A stretch of 64,000 nt of DNA from Octopus vulgaris (Eukaryota): the NCBI GenBank assembly GCA_951406725.2, contig OX597827.1, positions 55,366,001 to 55,430,000 on the forward strand, written 5' to 3'. The position numbers and the translations under genes are program-made. Shown one piece after another: positions 61,050 to 64,000 of this stretch (its first letter is position 1; each line of letters begins with the position of its first letter). The notes below the pieces were generated by a model that was not told the DNA's origin, did no database searches, and saw nothing but the letters and a program-made list of their open reading frames with translations.

Positions 61050-62440
61050 GTGGGTTTGTGTTTGGGCTCCTGAAGATGCAGGTCAGTACTATCAGACGGT
61101 GTCATCAGATGTTGGACCAATGGACCAGTTAAACTACTCAGGGTCTGGTTTGGTCCCAACCTCCATGAAGATAAGAACTGGAATGAGATGATGAACAGGG
61201 TGGCCAGTCTTACCCAGAAATGGGCTGAGAGTAAGCTGCCCCTAAAAAGTTATGCAAAGGTGGCGAATGCCTACATCATCTCCGTTATCATTTATTGTCT
61301 GAGCATCGTGCTTTGTTCCAGTCACTACTTGACCAGGTTGGAGCATCTCTTATTTAAATTCATGTGGAAGGGACGTGTTCCAATGACCAAGTGGTCAGTC
61401 TATTGCCAGCACCCTCTGAGAGACAGATTAGGTTTGTTGTGGCTTCTAATGTGCAGACACGCTCTTAAATTCCACCAACTGCAATGATTTCTGGGTGGCG
61501 AGCATGTGTGAGCTCCGTTTGTGAGGCATGTATTTCTGTAGCTCGTCTCATTGACAGAGCTCCAGTCCTGGGTGAAGAAAAGACCTAGACTGGGTGCCTG
61601 GCACATAAAAAGTTGTCAGGCGTTCACAACCTCCTACCAGTCGGTCAATGGGATCAGTGAATGTTCCGCTTTAGAAATTCATAGAGGATTAGTGGAGGAG
61701 AAATGCAACGATGTTCTCGGGGGAGACTCAAGACATCGACGAAATCAAACTGGCCAGTCTGTTCCGGGGGACTTTCTGGTCGGGAACTATCGTGGATAAT
61801 TTCCAGCAATGCAACCAGGGGGGGGGGTTTACTGGTTCAAGATAAACTTTACAGGCATGGATGTCCTGTCAGACGGGCTTGTCCGAGATACGTGCTGAGT
61901 GAAGAAACCATTCTGCACGCACTCATTCAGTGTCTGGGCATTACTAGCTTGTGGGGTTATGTCGAACAGCTGCTTTCGGCAATCTTTCGTTTGTAGTAGC
62001 ACGTTTCCGTCGATGATTTCCGTAAAAAAACTTTTATTTTTTTACATATGGGCTTGCGGGAACATTTGAAGTAATGAGAGCGAAAGAGACTAAGAGAAAG
62101 CGATTTTATGCTCTCTCTTTCACACATTACTCTGTCTCTTCACACACACTAACAGAAGCACTTCACTTACACAACATACTGTCTGTCTCCCACACCCCAT
62201 CAAACACACACACACACACATGTACATCAATGCTTTCCATGCACGGTAACTTCAAAAGAACTTCCCTCGTCATACAATCGCTTTCTCTTAGTGTCTTTCG
62301 CTCTCATTACTTCAAAAGTTCCCGCAAGCCCATATGTAAAAAAAGAAGTTTTTTACGGAAATCGACGGAAAGGTCTACTAGAGACGAAAGATTGCCCTGC
62401 TGTCATATATCCATAGTGATGATTGCCCTGCCGCCCTCCT
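61050..62440 (+). mobile_element. Tx1/L1-clade LINE ORF2 C-terminal fragment
   Basis: FKFMWKGR...P..D.LGL and CPR....ETILHALIQC zinc-knuckle motifs. Confidence 0.75.
61978..62396. mobile_element. Complete Merlin-like MITE
   Basis: GGCAATCT...AGATTGCC termini, ~130-bp TIRs, 8-bp TSD ctgctttc / ctgctgtc. Confidence 0.8.
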
Positions 62441-64000
62441 TTAATATTATTATTAAGAAGAAGAAGGCGTGCTAGCAGAGTCGTTAGCACACCGGGCGAA
62501 ATGCTTAGCTGTATTTCGTCTGCCGTTACGTTCTGAGTTCAAATTCCGCCGAGGTCGACTTTGCCTTTCATCCTTTCGGAGTCGATAAATTAATTACCAG
62601 TTATGCACTAGGGTCGATGTAATCGACTGTACCCATCCCCCAAATTTCAGGCATCGTGCCTATTGTAGAAAGGATTATTATTATTAATAAGGCGGCGAGC
62701 TTAGCGACATTTCATCCGTCTTTATGTTCTGAGTTCAAATTCCGCCGAGGTTGACTTTGCCTTTCATCCTTCCTAGGTCGATAAAATAAATACCGCATGT
62801 AATCGACTATTCCTCCCATTGCTGGCCTTGTGCCAAAATTTAAAATCATTATTATTATTAGTAATAATAATATACACACATATACACAAACATATAAAAT
62901 ACATGTGTGTGTGTGTGCAGATAGACATTAAATTATCGAGTAGACAGACGTTTGACAAGCCAGATAATTTATGAAACCTATAGAGTAAATATATCAACTG
63001 TATCTTCAACAGAAAATTAGGAGAAAAAATGTGAGCATATTATATTCTGTAAAGTTGCGCACGAGAAACAATACGGAAAAGGAAAACTACAATCAGTCAG
63101 TGAAAACATTGATTGAAAACCTTGCTGAAGATTACGCTTAACGTGAAATTGCATGCCAATACTGTTTTTTTTTTTTTTCATCGACGCAAAATCACTTTCG
63201 TATTAAAAATCGATCGTTAGTTGATCGATCGTTCTGAAAAGCATAAGGGTTTGGTCGTAAATACTAAAAACAAGCACACATCCTGAAAAGTGAACTTTCA
63301 TTACTATTCAGTCACTGCAAAACCGTGCTAGTGTGTTTGTTTCTCTAACCAAATCTTTATCGGATTTTGGTATTCGATATTTGGGCGAGATGCTTTATAG
63401 ATTTCTCAGCACCTCCTTATTAACTTGCCGTCTCTTGTCCTTCTATAAATGCCGGTTTGCCGGTCTTATATTACACATGTTCTTAAAATCAAGTCAGAGA
63501 TGGATAAAAATATCTACAATAGGTCAGCATTATGTTCAGTGGAGATTAGTGTCTCATACTAGAAAAATTGTTATCGAACTCTCCTTGTGCATTACTTAAT
63601 GTTCGCGAAAAACAGTCTTTTTTATTCCAAGTATCAAAATAGCGCTGCTAAATAAATTAATAAAGAAATTGACAAAATCTTATCAAGCTAGTGAAAATAA
63701 TATTTAATGATCTTCATTTCTATTTCATGCTTGTTTCATATTCTGTCATCATTCGATTTGAATTCTAGTTTTCATTTTGTGAGTCTAAAAATGCAGTGTT
63801 TGTGTGTAAAAACAAATGCATTCATTGTGTGTACTCGTGTTCATTATGTAATAGCTTTAGCATTTCTCTTAGGAAGTATTCATTAAAATATAGCATACAC
63901 ATTAATTTCTTCTGACGGGACGCAAGAGTCTTTGTAAGAATGATATGGTTGAACAATTCAGCTGCAGTTGGATATTTATTTCAGGATTTTAACTGGGAAA

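Noticed and set aside
63333-63599. 88-aa ORF near the right edge
   Set aside because: No motif or splice support; only the CpG retention was kept as a weak promoter hint

Overview
AT-rich, repeat-dense eukaryotic genomic DNA. The SINE/LINE/MITE repertoire looks like an Octopus (coleoid cephalopod) genome; this is recalled from repeat families, not proven. Almost all six-frame ORFs are spurious. The main gene is a minus-strand, 15-exon HAUS8 (augmin subunit 8/HICE1) homologue, CDS 44633->9777. I assembled it by hand from phase-compatible splice sites: 1749 nt, 582 aa. It has an unusually long N-terminal extension carrying SxIP, KEN and CDK motifs, a 12-nt microexon and a GC-AG intron. The 5' end of a second, unidentified minus-strand gene probably lies at 1423-1843. 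Both genes share a diverged upstream sequence module next to an E2F-like site. The rest is transposon debris: RTE and Tx1 LINEs, Penelope fragments with hammerhead ribozyme motifs (one intact and sense within a HAUS8 intron), three tRNA-SINE families, mariner, piggyBac, hAT, Merlin-like and Helitron non-autonomous elements, a solo LTR, and several nested or rearranged structures. No prokaryotic systems, CRISPR arrays, rRNA or genuine tRNA genes were seen.
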